Of a DNA stretch of 42,830 bases, positions 1-8,581 are shown piece by piece (within the stretch, counting starts at the first letter, position 1; each line of letters begins with the position of its first letter). The translations under genes and the position numbers were made by a program. Below the pieces are notes generated by a model. It saw only the letters and a program-made list of their open reading frames with translations. It made no database searches and had not been told where the DNA came from. The stretch lies in assembly GCA_037189525.1 (NCBI GenBank), contig JBBCJC010000014.1, forward strand, positions 1 to 42,830, written 5' to 3'. The DNA is from Gemmatimonadales bacterium (GTDB taxonomy: Bacteria; Gemmatimonadota; Gemmatimonadetes; Gemmatimonadales; GWC2-71-9).

Positions 1-141
1 GGGATGAGGCTGCTGAGCTTGCTGACGCCATCAAGGCGCGGGCGGAATCTGGTCGCAACGTCGTACTCTCGCCGCTGACCGCGCTATGGCTGGCGGCACA
101 ACTGCACAACTCAATCTCCCGGCACCGCGCGCCAAAACGAA
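1..141. repeat. Terminal direct repeat, copy 1 (circular assembly overlap)
   Basis: Bases 1-141 are identical to 42690-42830, and an ORF reads through the join. Confidence 0.95.
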
Positions 142-386
142 AATCCAAGACTGATGTCGATCTCTATAGCGAGGGCAGCAGTATCTACCGGCTCACTGAG
201 ACGGGCGACATCGAGCAGGTCGATGCATGGGCACGTAGCGCGATGGTTGGCCGGGCCGCGCTCGTAGCTTTGGGGCGGCAGTATCCAGACAAGCGCTTTG
301 AGCAGCGCCGCAGGGCGTGGGTGGAAGGCGAGTGCGGGCCGCGCGGCGAGGCGGAAAGGCTTGCTCATCGGTTCAATGAACCTTAG
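1..386 (+). CDS. 3' part of a 132-aa hypothetical protein spanning the circular join (starts at ATG 42677); LexA box upstream
   Basis: Manual translation MRKTWDEAAELADAIKARAESGRNVVLSPLTALWLAAQL...RFNEP, TAG at 384-386. Absent from the ORF track because it is split by the window ends. Confidence 0.75.
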   Translation, partial: DEAAELADAIKARAESGRNVVLSPLTALWLAAQLHNSISRHRAPKRKSKTDVDLYSEGSSIYRLTETGDIEQVDAWARSAMVGRAALVALGRQYPDKRFEQRRRAWVEGECGPRGEAERLAHRFNEP

Positions 387-424
387 CGCATCTTCGCTGC
401 CGGGACGTAACGCGTTGAAAACCA

Positions 425-470
425 TGGTGGGCGATGACGGACTCGAACCGCCGACATCTTCGGTGTAAAC
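425..470 (-). mobile_element. attP: attP core: anticodon loop and 3' half of tRNA-Val(TAC), including CCA
   Basis: The reverse complement GTTTACACCGAAGATGTCGGCGGTTCGAGTCCGTCATCGCCCACCA has a TAC anticodon loop, a GGTTCGAGTCC T-arm and a CCA end. The 5' half of the tRNA is absent. It lies just downstream of the integrase. Confidence 0.92.
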
Positions 471-543
471 TTTCTGCGCCCATCTGAACGCCTTGCAACT
501 GCGCGGAAAGCAACCTTAGCAAATGCGCACTGATGGCATGGTT

Positions 544-1578
544 TCACTTTATGTTCCGTTTGGCAGGTTCATCCGTGCCAAAGGGAACTTCGTATATTCC
601 GACCTCAAGCGCCGACGCCGCATTTCTAAGATGGTTCGGGCTGTAGCGCGCATAGACGCGGTAGGTGATGGATGGCGTCGAGTGCCCAAGGTACTGCGCA
701 ATCTCCATCATAGGGATGCCCGCCTCCGCCATCCAAACGGCGGCAGTGTGCCGGAACACGTGCGGGGAAACATCGTCAACCCCCGCTAGCTTTGCAGCGG
801 TAGCGATGCTTTTCTTGACGGACTTGACCCGCTCGCCGCCCCACTCCACCACGTAGTCTGACATCGCCCCGCGTCTGGCGTCCTGTAGGGCCACCATGAG
901 CGTATCGTTAATCGGGACGGTCGCGCGCCCCTTGCGGTTATGGCGCTGCTCAGGGTCGATCAAGTGTATCAGCCGACGCTTGAAATCAACCCGGTCCCAT
1001 GTCAGTTCGAGGATCGCGGAGATACGTGCTGCCGTCGCAAGCATCAGGTGGATGCACAGTTTGACATGAGGTAGCGAGGCCGCAGCGAGCACCTTCTGCG
1101 CCTCCACCTTTGTCAGATGCCTATCCTTCGGGGCCGGTTTCTGTGGCCGGTCGATCTCTGGGGCATGGGATATAAGCCGCCGCTTCTGCGCCCAGACAAG
1201 TACGGTACGCAAATGGCCGAGTTCGGTGTGGATGGTCCCATCCGACTTGCCATCTTTCCTGCGCATCTGAGTGTAGGCGACACACTCGGCTTTTGTGATG
1301 TCCTCGCCATCCCGACGACCGAAATGCGGGCCTATTGCCTTCCATGTGTAGTGCATCGTTGTAACGATCGACTTTCCGGCCTTGTCGAGGCGGTAAGCTT
1401 CCCACAGGTCTGACACTAGGCGACCGCGAGGCCGCGTCAGCTCCGCATAGAGCGCGGGCGCAAGGCGCTGAGCTTCGCGCGCATCATTGGTGTTGAGTGT
1501 ATAGCGGTGGCGTCTTCCGTCCCTGTCGAACGTGAGCGCGAATTTGTCTCGCAATCTTGTGATGCGCCATTCCGACAT
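544..1578 (-). CDS. int: Tyrosine recombinase / phage integrase
   Basis: Catalytic motifs TAARISAIL (R), HVFRHT (H-x-x-R) and LGHS...TYRVY (H, Y); adjacent to attP. Confidence 0.96.
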   Translation of the reverse strand: MSEWRITRLRDKFALTFDRDGRRHRYTLNTNDAREAQRLAPALYAELTRPRGRLVSDLWEAYRLDKAGKSIVTTMHYTWKAIGPHFGRRDGEDITKAECVAYTQMRRKDGKSDGTIHTELGHLRTVLVWAQKRRLISHAPEIDRPQKPAPKDRHLTKVEAQKVLAAASLPHVKLCIHLMLATAARISAILELTWDRVDFKRRLIHLIDPEQRHNRKGRATVPINDTLMVALQDARRGAMSDYVVEWGGERVKSVKKSIATAAKLAGVDDVSPHVFRHTAAVWMAEAGIPMMEIAQYLGHSTPSITYRVYARYSPNHLRNAASALEVGIYEVPFGTDEPAKRNIK

Positions 1579-1742
1579 TCGAACGCCTCTACGTCTTCAC
1601 CTCTAATCCGTATCAGCTTGCCTCCAACTCGGAATGATCGCAATTCACCTGAGGCTATCAGGTTGCGGACATGCCTTTCGGAGCATCGCCAATACTCTGC
1701 TACCATTCCCGGCGTCATTACCGGTGCGAGTACCGCCTTCAT
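1437..1742 (-). CDS. xis: Excisionase (HTH_17-like)
   Basis: MTPGMVAEYWRCSERHVRNLIASGELRSFRVGGKLIRIRGEDVEAF is a typical Xis winged HTH. It overlaps the int start; ATG 1742 is coupled to the upstream stop. Confidence 0.85.
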   Translation of the reverse strand: MKAVLAPVMTPGMVAEYWRCSERHVRNLIASGELRSFRVGGKLIRIRGEDVEAFECRNGASQDCETNSRSRSTGTEDATAIHSTPMMRAKLSALRPRSMRS

Positions 1743-1909
1743 CTGTCGCCCTCCGATGACTGGCGGCGGGCGTCCCGTGCGATGCCACGATGGTATGCCC
1801 ACCACGCGATGCGGTTCTTGGTGCCGCGCTCTGGTGGTCCGAACGGATACTGTCGAAACGACAGATCAGTTCCCCAAAGCCATAGACCGAAGCGTGTGAG
1901 CCTACGCAT
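1739..1909 (-). CDS. Hypothetical protein (56 aa)
   Basis: Manual translation MRRLTRFGLWLWGTDLSF...SEGDR. ATGA overlap with xis; fills the operon gap. Confidence 0.6.
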   Translation of the reverse strand: MRRLTRFGLWLWGTDLSFRQYPFGPPERGTKNRIAWWAYHRGIARDARRQSSEGDR

Positions 1910-2099
1910 CGCCCCGCTCCTCTAGTGCTGCGCGGCCGGCGTCGGTGGTAATGCAGTAGCCGTAATTGTCTCGATTTGGTGTCAATAGTCCGAGCCGCCT
2001 CAATGCCGATACTGTCGAGGACTTTCGACCAAATCCTACGACGCCGCCCGGCTTGTTTGCCTTTTCGATCACTCGCCTCTGCGCTTCCGTCAGCTTCAC
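1902..2099 (-). CDS. Small winged-helix-like phage protein
   Basis: GTG start in a GTGA overlap; MKLTEAQRR...LRRLGL...ITTDAGRAAL pattern. Confidence 0.7.
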   Translation of the reverse strand: MKLTEAQRRVIEKANKPGGVVGFGRKSSTVSALRRLGLLTPNRDNYGYCITTDAGRAALEERGDA

Positions 2100-2518
2100 G
2101 GCTTTGCTCCTTTCAGGGCGTGCAGAACGCCTTCGCGCATGAAAGACCATGCGCCCGCACCGCACTCTTGCTCCACGCGTGGTGCAACGGCAGACACGCC
2201 ATGCTCCATTTGCAGGCGCTTTCCTTCGAGCAGGAACTCGTCTCTCATAAGGACGGACGAGAGAACAGAAACCACGTCAGCGGGGGCAATTTCCGGCAGG
2301 TCCGAAAGGGCTTTGCGGAATGCCAATCTAATGTGGGCCTTCACATTTTGCTCAATCTCCCGCTCCAGGTCCTCCATCTTGACGATGGAAAAGCCTGCGG
2401 CGAACAAAGCCGCCTGCGATGCCTCACCGTTCCAGTTAGGTCTGTCGCAAGAGCAGTTTTCATCGGCGCGGAACAGACCGCCGCAATTGCTGCATTCCCA
2501 AATTTCACGCGGCGTCAT
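2096..2518 (-). CDS. Hypothetical protein with N-terminal Cys cluster
   Basis: MTPREIWECSNCGG...CSC; AGGAGG SD upstream; overlaps its neighbours. Confidence 0.65.
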   Translation of the reverse strand: MTPREIWECSNCGGLFRADENCSCDRPNWNGEASQAALFAAGFSIVKMEDLEREIEQNVKAHIRLAFRKALSDLPEIAPADVVSVLSSVLMRDEFLLEGKRLQMEHGVSAVAPRVEQECGAGAWSFMREGVLHALKGAKP

Positions 2519-3362
2519 GGCTGGCCTCCTGCGCAGCGGAGAGGGCGGATCGCATGATATGGCGCCTGCTTTCACCGATTGTCTCGTCGCCGGATGGGTG
2601 CTGCATTGCAGATGAAAACGCCTTACCGAAAGCCTCAAGCGCCGCCTCCACCTGCGCCTCCGTTACTGCTTGTGCTGGGCGGGAGGTGTAGAGGGCGCAG
2701 ACCGCATAGCCATCCCGGCGCCAGCTTTCAGCCTGCGCAGGCAGCGGCGTGATATAGTCATGCGTGTTGATTGTAACGCGCCACGCCACCGCCTCGGCTT
2801 CCTGCGGTGCGGCTGACGAGGCGTCCGCAATACATGACAACATGTGCCTAATGACGTGAGCGACATGCTTATATGGGATGCCGTCCAGTGCGCCATGCTC
2901 GGTCTTTGAATACCATTCGAGTTCCGCCTCCAGCACCTTCGTCGTGGAGCAGGGTTCCTGCGGTGCGGTGAGAACGGAAAGGATGCGGCGCAGATCGTCC
3001 GCTATGCACTTAACATCGCCTACGCCCCAAGGGCGTACGCCGCTTGGGTAATGTGGGTGCTCACCCGCCGGCAAGCTTTCAATCCGCTCGAAATGAGAAA
3101 GCAGGAGGCGCAAGGTATCCACCTTCACCGCCCCGCTGGCTTCGGCGCGGTCATACCAGTAGGTTGCGGCGTGTAGGTATTGCCGCTTGAGCTTGCTGGT
3201 GGTCTCAAGCTCCCTCGTCAGCCGCTCGTTCTCGGACTGGACGTCGGCGAACAGATCGGAGCGGACGTATTCGGCGACGGTATCCGGCATGCGCAGCTCG
3301 CGATAGAGCAGCCCGCCGCGTGGGCCGTGATCGGCGTAAATCCTCTTAGGTGCGTCAACCAT
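2505..3362 (-). CDS. Hypothetical mosaic phage protein
   Basis: 285-aa ORF tightly packed in the leftward operon. Confidence 0.7.
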   Translation of the reverse strand: MVDAPKRIYADHGPRGGLLYRELRMPDTVAEYVRSDLFADVQSENERLTRELETTSKLKRQYLHAATYWYDRAEASGAVKVDTLRLLLSHFERIESLPAGEHPHYPSGVRPWGVGDVKCIADDLRRILSVLTAPQEPCSTTKVLEAELEWYSKTEHGALDGIPYKHVAHVIRHMLSCIADASSAAPQEAEAVAWRVTINTHDYITPLPAQAESWRRDGYAVCALYTSRPAQAVTEAQVEAALEAFGKAFSSAMQHPSGDETIGESRRHIMRSALSAAQEASHDAA

Positions 3363-3809
3363 CTACTCGCGCTCCTTTGCAGAACGGGCGCGGCGGGCTT
3401 CGATGTAGTGTTCCAACTCTGGTTTTGTGCCGAACCGCCATCCTGATATAGTAGTTTTGTCTGGTATCATTGCGTTCTCGAACGGCTCCAGCGCCGCATC
3501 CTTCTTCGCGATCAGCACATCCTTCTCTGCGTTGGATGCAACGAGGGCGGTGATGAGGGCGGCGGCTTCTCCGATGGTCGCCACCTCGCCACGGAACAGG
3601 CTGGTTTCATTTTCGTCAGCAACCGCCTGCAACCGCCCCACCAACTCCCCAGCATCTCCGCTAAGGAGGGTGGAGAGGAAGGCGGTGATGGCGGCTTCGG
3701 CATACTTCCGTTTCACGTCGATGTGTGTCTGATGATAACCAGACATTGTCGGGTCCGCATCGATAAGAGCCTTGCATGCACCCTCAAGCGCCTTCTCGTG
3801 CGTGGTCAC
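3363..3809 (-). CDS. Hypothetical protein
   Basis: GTG start (MTTHEKALEGAC...) directly after the upstream stop; abuts the next gene. Confidence 0.65.
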   Translation of the reverse strand: MTTHEKALEGACKALIDADPTMSGYHQTHIDVKRKYAEAAITAFLSTLLSGDAGELVGRLQAVADENETSLFRGEVATIGEAAALITALVASNAEKDVLIAKKDAALEPFENAMIPDKTTISGWRFGTKPELEHYIEARRARSAKERE

Positions 3810-3810
3810 C

Positions 3811-4242
3811 TCAGACAATCTCCCCGGAACTGGCGTCGGCCTTCGGCGTGAATGCCGAGCCGCGAACGATGTTGTTGATGATGAGCAGGGCGCGCTCACG
3901 GTTCGGATAGGCGGCATGGAGGAAAGCAGCGATGGGAACCGGATCGATGCCGACCGATGCCCAATATTCGCGCTCGTCCATGCCGTGCTGACGGCGGTGC
4001 TCGTCAGGATGAAGCGGGACAGCCCAGCAGTCGCTTTCCTTCGATGCCTTGCCGCGACCGAGCTTGCCGGCGCGTGGATCAGCATAGGATACGTGCGCGG
4101 CTTCAACGCCTTCCCGGCGCGTGACGATGCAGGGCAGGGAGCGGATGAAGTCCAGGTATGCCGGCTTCTCGACGCGCTTAGAGGCCTTGCCGGTCGGCTG
4201 GAGAGCAAACGCGGTGGGTGCTTTGCGAAGCTGCATCGCCAT
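3811..4242 (-). CDS. DUF968 / putative HNHc-type nuclease
   Basis: YLDFIRSLPCIV...EAAHV...K.SDCWAVPLHPDEHRRQH signature. Confidence 0.8.
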   Translation of the reverse strand: MAMQLRKAPTAFALQPTGKASKRVEKPAYLDFIRSLPCIVTRREGVEAAHVSYADPRAGKLGRGKASKESDCWAVPLHPDEHRRQHGMDEREYWASVGIDPVPIAAFLHAAYPNRERALLIINNIVRGSAFTPKADASSGEIV

Positions 4243-4403
4243 CACGTCACCTTCCTTCCGGCCTTGACGCGCACGACCTTGCGAGGCAACCGGCCTGCCA
4301 TCTCCTGCAAAAGCTCGACGTGCTTGTTGATGTAGACCGCCAGCCGCTTCTTGCTGCGCCGGGCTTCTGATGAGGCTGAAAGAGCAGAGGCGCGGGGCTT
4401 CAT
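4242..4403 (-). CDS. Small basic hypothetical protein
   Basis: 53 aa, translationally coupled at both ends. Confidence 0.6.
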   Translation of the reverse strand: MKPRASALSASSEARRSKKRLAVYINKHVELLQEMAGRLPRKVVRVKAGRKVT

Positions 4404-4834
4404 GCTGCCTCCTGCAAGTTCTTGCGCCAGTCGAAAAACCCAAGTTCGCCGCGAACGGGGATGAAATCGACCGGGCGGACATTGCGTAAAACGAAGCCAA
4501 AGCGGCCGAAGAACCACGGGCTATCACTCGCACGAACACAATCGACAACCTCGGCAACGCCGATGATGCCGCCGCGATCTAGCCGGTATGGCGCGGCGCA
4601 CACGCCATGCCACTTCGTGAGCCAATCTTGGTTCGGTGCGCTGCCAATGGTCTCGGTAACGAAAGCGGCGGCGTCAGCGTATTCCTGCTTGCCCATGCCC
4701 TTCGCGGCGTGGATCGCTACCGGGCCGCGCACGCTCGTGTACCAATCCCGGTTTTCGATATCCTTGCCAGCATGAACGATCGACCATGCCCACGGCTGGC
4801 GAATGGATATGGCTTTGACGGGTAGATCAGTCAC
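4400..4834 (-). CDS. ASCH domain protein
   Basis: AISIRQPWAWSIVHAGKDIENRDW (GxKxxExR motif), IHAAK, GGIIGVAEVVDCV. Confidence 0.92.
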   Translation of the reverse strand: MTDLPVKAISIRQPWAWSIVHAGKDIENRDWYTSVRGPVAIHAAKGMGKQEYADAAAFVTETIGSAPNQDWLTKWHGVCAAPYRLDRGGIIGVAEVVDCVRASDSPWFFGRFGFVLRNVRPVDFIPVRGELGFFDWRKNLQEAA

Positions 4835-5220
4835 GCGGCCATCCTTTCCGGCTCAGTCCAGACGACGCCATGCTCAGCGCCGTAGCTGTAGATCCACTCG
4901 ATCAAATCGCTCATCTGCGCCTTGGTGAGCCGAGATGATCGGAAGCCAGTCGGGAAAGGCTGACCATTCAGGCCGATCTCGAACTGGACCGCATGGCCGC
5001 AGGCGTGCATGACGAGTTGCTTCCACACTTCCGGCGTGTGCATCCGGCCTTCCGGCTTTGCTCGGGAGAGGTCCGACAGCATCGCCCAAAGCTTCGCGTT
5101 CTGCTCATTCGAGCGCGTTGCGGCCTTGACCGTGACAATCGCCTCGTAAGGCGCGCGGTCGATAAGCTGCTTAGCCAGCGCTCGCTGAGACGGTCCTGCC
5201 AAGATGATTGTCTGTGCCAT
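4831..5220 (-). CDS. ninB: NinB-family recombination protein
   Basis: RSNEQNAKLWAMLSDLS...SSRLTKAQMSDLIEWIYSYGAEHGVVW. Confidence 0.9.
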   Translation of the reverse strand: MAQTIILAGPSQRALAKQLIDRAPYEAIVTVKAATRSNEQNAKLWAMLSDLSRAKPEGRMHTPEVWKQLVMHACGHAVQFEIGLNGQPFPTGFRSSRLTKAQMSDLIEWIYSYGAEHGVVWTEPERMAA

Positions 5221-5245
5221 CGTGTTCCTCGTCGGTGTCAGGCGG

Positions 5246-5452
5246 TCAGGTTTCCGCGAACGTGATCACATCGGCCGCGACCGGGCGCTTGGCCTGCTGC
5301 GCTACGCGAAGCTGCGTGTTCGTGGTGCGGAGAATTTCGCGGGCCTGAGAGGCAACGCTATCGGCCTGTGAGGCTTCCATTTTGCCTTCCTTGACCGAAT
5401 TCAAGGTTTCCCAAAGGGCCGATTTCAGGTTCTTCGCGGAGAGATCGGGCAT
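5246..5452 (-). CDS. Hypothetical protein
   Basis: 68-aa helical ORF with an AAAGGA SD; overlaps the upstream gene. Confidence 0.7.
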   Translation of the reverse strand: MPDLSAKNLKSALWETLNSVKEGKMEASQADSVASQAREILRTTNTQLRVAQQAKRPVAADVITFAET

Positions 5453-5945
5453 AGTCTCGTTTCCTTTGCTGGGTCATCGCCACGCGACCTTTCGCATGAC
5501 GGATTTCGTAATCAGATGATTGGCTTAGGCACTCAGCGCGAATGTCCATGATGAGCAGGAAGCAGTCGGCGAACTCGCCATACTCCTTCTCGGCGCGGTA
5601 GCGACGGTCGTACTCTCGCTTCCATTCGCGGTACTCAGGGCGGCGGCAATACTCAGCATGGAACGCCTCTCGCTTACGCCGCTCGACGCGGGCGATCTCT
5701 GGATCGTAAGTGGCTTGGAAATAGGCAGCTTTCTTCGCCTTGAGCATCGCCCGGTTCTTGCGGCGATACTCCATGTCGTAGAGGCGCTTTTCCTCGACCT
5801 TTTCAGCCTTGGACTTGTGCTTGCGCCTTCCGAGGCCCGAACACACGCGGTCGCAGTAGATCGACAGACCAGCCTTGCGAGCGCGATTGACTTCGCCAGC
5901 CAGCTTCTCCGTCTCTTTTCCGCAATGCGCGCATGTGATCTGCAC
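5358..5945 (-). CDS. Basic Zn-finger hypothetical protein
   Basis: CAHC...YCDRVC (TRASH-like) followed by an Arg/Lys/Tyr-rich helix. Confidence 0.7.
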   Translation of the reverse strand: MQITCAHCGKETEKLAGEVNRARKAGLSIYCDRVCSGLGRRKHKSKAEKVEEKRLYDMEYRRKNRAMLKAKKAAYFQATYDPEIARVERRKREAFHAEYCRRPEYREWKREYDRRYRAEKEYGEFADCFLLIMDIRAECLSQSSDYEIRHAKGRVAMTQQRKRDYARSLREEPEIGPLGNLEFGQGRQNGSLTGR

Positions 5946-5992
5946 GTCTCTGTTCCTCGTTGTCTCTCCCCTCTCGATGCGGAGGGAGGCGG

Positions 5993-6283
5993 TCAGTATC
6001 CGCCAGTGCGTGGATCGTCGCGGTCGTAACCGCCGCCTCGATTGTCGCGGCGGTCGTCTCTGCGATTGTTCTGCTGGTCTTCACGCTGGCGAGGCACCAT
6101 CAGGACGATGCGCGTTTCGAGGCCGCGCTCTCCCATCGTCGGGAGCGGCAAGGCTTCAAGAGTGATCGAATAGCCGCCGTCGCGAGTTCGGAAGGCCGCT
6201 CCGATCTTCGTCCAAGAGGTTTTCTTGTTGCCGTCCCGGTCGGTATATTCGCGGGCGGTAAGGGCATCGAGGCGTTCTGACAT
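5993..6283 (-). CDS. Putative single-stranded DNA-binding protein (short phage type)
   Basis: YTDRDGNKKTSWTKIGAAF beta-rich core with a disordered tail; follows exo and erf. Confidence 0.55.
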   Translation of the reverse strand: MSERLDALTAREYTDRDGNKKTSWTKIGAAFRTRDGGYSITLEALPLPTMGERGLETRIVLMVPRQREDQQNNRRDDRRDNRGGGYDRDDPRTGGY

Positions 6284-6284
6284 A

Positions 6285-6953
6285 TCAACCTGCCATCATG
6301 AGACGAGCCGCTTCCGGCAGGTCTTCGTTGTCGGGTTCGTATTCGGAGCGGAGTTCGCGGACGATGGCGCGCAGTTCATCGAGGAACAGCGTCACGTCCT
6401 TTTCGATTGCCTGGATTGCTGCGTCGTCGCGCTTCACCCGGTCAACGTAGAGGCGCATGGATTCCGGCAGGCGAGGGTCGTAGCTGGCGAAGTCGGTCCA
6501 GAGACGACCGGTGCACGCCATCTGCCACTGCATTTGCAGGAAGTACTTTTCCGGTAGAGTGCCGCCGCGAAGCGTCTCGATATGCGTTGCGGTGTTCGGG
6601 CACTTGATCTCCACCATGCCTTCTTCGCCGACAAGGCCATCAGGCGATGCGCCGGTTTCAGCAATCGACGGGTGAGGGATGAAGCCGACCTGAACCACGC
6701 GCTGGTTGATGTGGAACTGATATGCGGACCGGGCTTCCGGCTCGGTCTCGGTTCCCCACTGCATGGCCGCGTTGGTGAAGCCTTCCATCCGCGCGCCTGT
6801 GAGGCGTTCTGCGATCAGGTCGGCCATATAGTTCTTGCGGCTCGCGCCCCAGCCGGTTTTCGTGCGGGCGCAGACGTCAACGATGCGCGAAGCCGTCACC
6901 TTGCCCAGACGGGCATTGTGCCAATCGGCGGTGCCTTGAACGACGTTTTCCAT
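6285..6953 (-). CDS. YqaJ / lambda-exonuclease family protein
   Basis: QGTADWHNARLGKVTAS, AMQWG...E, GASPDGL, EIKCP, QMQWQM. Confidence 0.95.
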   Translation of the reverse strand: MENVVQGTADWHNARLGKVTASRIVDVCARTKTGWGASRKNYMADLIAERLTGARMEGFTNAAMQWGTETEPEARSAYQFHINQRVVQVGFIPHPSIAETGASPDGLVGEEGMVEIKCPNTATHIETLRGGTLPEKYFLQMQWQMACTGRLWTDFASYDPRLPESMRLYVDRVKRDDAAIQAIEKDVTLFLDELRAIVRELRSEYEPDNEDLPEAARLMMAG

Positions 6954-7756
6954 CACTGGCCTCCCGCTTTCTGCTGGGACTGCCAGCGTTTCAAAGAGGC
7001 GACAGCATCGCGGTAGTCGCGAGCGGGAAGGTCGGGTAGGGCGTCGATCCTCCACTTTTCACAGAAGATTTCTGGATCAACACCCGAGGCCTCGATCAGA
7101 TCGCGGAGTTCGACAAGCTGCTTTTCGTCAATGGCGCTATCGTCCACGTCTTCGACGCGGTTTCCGTCCCGGTCGTCGCCTGTCGAGATGTTGAACAGCA
7201 TGCAAAGCAGGTAGCGTCGGCCATAGGTGGCGGTGCTGCCGAACGCCTGTGTCCCGGTCTTGTTGACCGCGCCCTTCGCGCCTGCGCTATCAACAGGGAT
7301 TTCACCGATGCCGTCGCGAGAATGCCCGCCCTCGTGTGAAATCTCCCAACGGATGCGGAGTTCGCCCTTGTCGTTGTATCCGTCCGGCTGGAAAGACACA
7401 GCAAAACCATGCTCATGGATTTTTGGCATGGCCTGCTCTTCGATGGCGGCGAGGTCGGCATATTTCGACCGGGTGTGGGTGTTATTCTTGTTCTTCACCA
7501 CGACAGGCAACTCTGCCTGACACTTGGACATGGCGGCGAAGTAGGCTTTCTTGGCCTGCCTATCGTCATCCTCGCGGGCGCGGTCTTCCATGCGCTCTTT
7601 GAGGGCAACCATCTGCTCCAACCGGTCAATCGGTATCGACGGGTCCATGACGACACGCTCGATCATGGCTACCATCGGGTCGTGATAGGATGGAGGCGCA
7701 TCGTTCACGACGGCGCGGCTCTGCGGTTCCTGGATATCAAGCGCGTTCGCTGACAT
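6953..7756 (-). CDS. erf: ERF-family single-strand annealing protein
   Basis: SKYADL and the QAFGSTATYGRRYLL...I.TGDD.DG ERF motif. Confidence 0.93.
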   Translation of the reverse strand: MSANALDIQEPQSRAVVNDAPPSYHDPMVAMIERVVMDPSIPIDRLEQMVALKERMEDRAREDDDRQAKKAYFAAMSKCQAELPVVVKNKNNTHTRSKYADLAAIEEQAMPKIHEHGFAVSFQPDGYNDKGELRIRWEISHEGGHSRDGIGEIPVDSAGAKGAVNKTGTQAFGSTATYGRRYLLCMLFNISTGDDRDGNRVEDVDDSAIDEKQLVELRDLIEASGVDPEIFCEKWRIDALPDLPARDYRDAVASLKRWQSQQKAGGQ

Positions 7757-7910
7757 CAGCCTTCCTTTCGGCTTCGGAATTGATGATCTCGGCTACCGTG
7801 GCGCGAGCGCGCTCGAAGCCGATCATGCGAATGAGGATGCGGAAGTTGACGCGTATCTGGCGGGCAAAGAACCCGTCGTGCGGCGTCTCTGTCTGCTCGC
7901 GCATGGTCAT
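7737..7910 (-). CDS. Hypothetical protein (57 aa)
   Basis: Manual translation MTMREQTETPHDGFFARQIRVNFRILIRMIGFERAR...; ATGA-coupled to the arc-like gene. Confidence 0.6.
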   Translation of the reverse strand: MTMREQTETPHDGFFARQIRVNFRILIRMIGFERARATVAEIINSEAERKADVSERA

Positions 7911-8188
7911 GACGCGCTCCGGTCGCGGGCGGCGAGCATGGCGTCGGCGACCTCGTATGCAGCCGCCGAAAGCGAGTTCCTATCTTGGATCGTGTTGACT
8001 GAAGTGAGCGCTAAAAGCGCCTGCCCTGCGAACCAGTCGCGAAGGGTGCGCCGCGATCCCGAAAGCCGCGCGACGATCTCATCGTTCATGCTCCGATGGT
8101 TTGCGCCGGCTGCGGTTTTAAGCTCATCGCGCATACCGTCCGGGAGGCGGAGCATGTAGGCGTCAGACTTGGTTCGGTTCTCAGCCAT
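7907..8188 (-). CDS. Arc-family ribbon-helix-helix protein with C-terminal phage domain
   Basis: YMLRLPDGMRDELKTAAGANHRSMNDEIVARL followed by TLRDWFAGQAL...AYEVADAMLAAR. Confidence 0.88.
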   Translation of the reverse strand: MAENRTKSDAYMLRLPDGMRDELKTAAGANHRSMNDEIVARLSGSRRTLRDWFAGQALLALTSVNTIQDRNSLSAAAYEVADAMLAARDRSAS

Positions 8189-8310
8189 CACATCGGCCCT
8201 TCCATTCCATGCGCCCCTATGATCAGGGCGGTGATTGCAATTGCTGTGAGGCGGGGTCGGCAGGCGAACCAGCACATGACGTGGTAGGGAGCGTCGTTGA
8301 GGCTACGCAT
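8188..8310 (-). CDS. Small hydrophobic hypothetical protein
   Basis: 40 aa with the hydrophobic stretch LTAIAITALIIG; coupled to its neighbours. Confidence 0.5.
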   Translation of the reverse strand: MRSLNDAPYHVMCWFACRPRLTAIAITALIIGAHGMEGPM

Positions 8311-8581
8311 TGGAACTTCCGTGCGTGCCTGCCTTGACGAAGAATACTCCCGAGAACATGGCGATCTCATCGGCGTCGATACGGACGTGCTGAGTGTGGC
8401 CCATGCTCGACCAGTTACTTTGCCCGTCGAAGTCGTCGGCGGGGTCATACTCGCGGTCGATAACTTCGATGATGCGAAAGGGGCCATCGCCGTATCGGGC
8501 GCGGCCATCAGTCAGCGTGTCGTAGCCATCCGCCCAAACCACAGAGTCGCCAATCGCGAACTTGTCGTGCCGAATGCTCAT
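8303..8581 (-). CDS. Hypothetical protein
   Basis: 92-aa acidic ORF, ATGA-coupled. Confidence 0.7.
   Translation of the reverse strand: MSIRHDKFAIGDSVVWADGYDTLTDGRARYGDGPFRIIEVIDREYDPADDFDGQSNWSSMGHTQHVRIDADEIAMFSGVFFVKAGTHGSSNA

Noticed and set aside
1..141. Biological terminal repeat of the virion DNA
   Set aside because: 141 bp matches a common maximum assembler k-mer, it falls mid-gene, and the P22-like terminase suggests headful packaging. It is best read as a circular overlap.
425..470. Functional tRNA-Val gene
   Set aside because: Only the anticodon loop and 3' half are present; the D-arm and 5' acceptor strand are missing.
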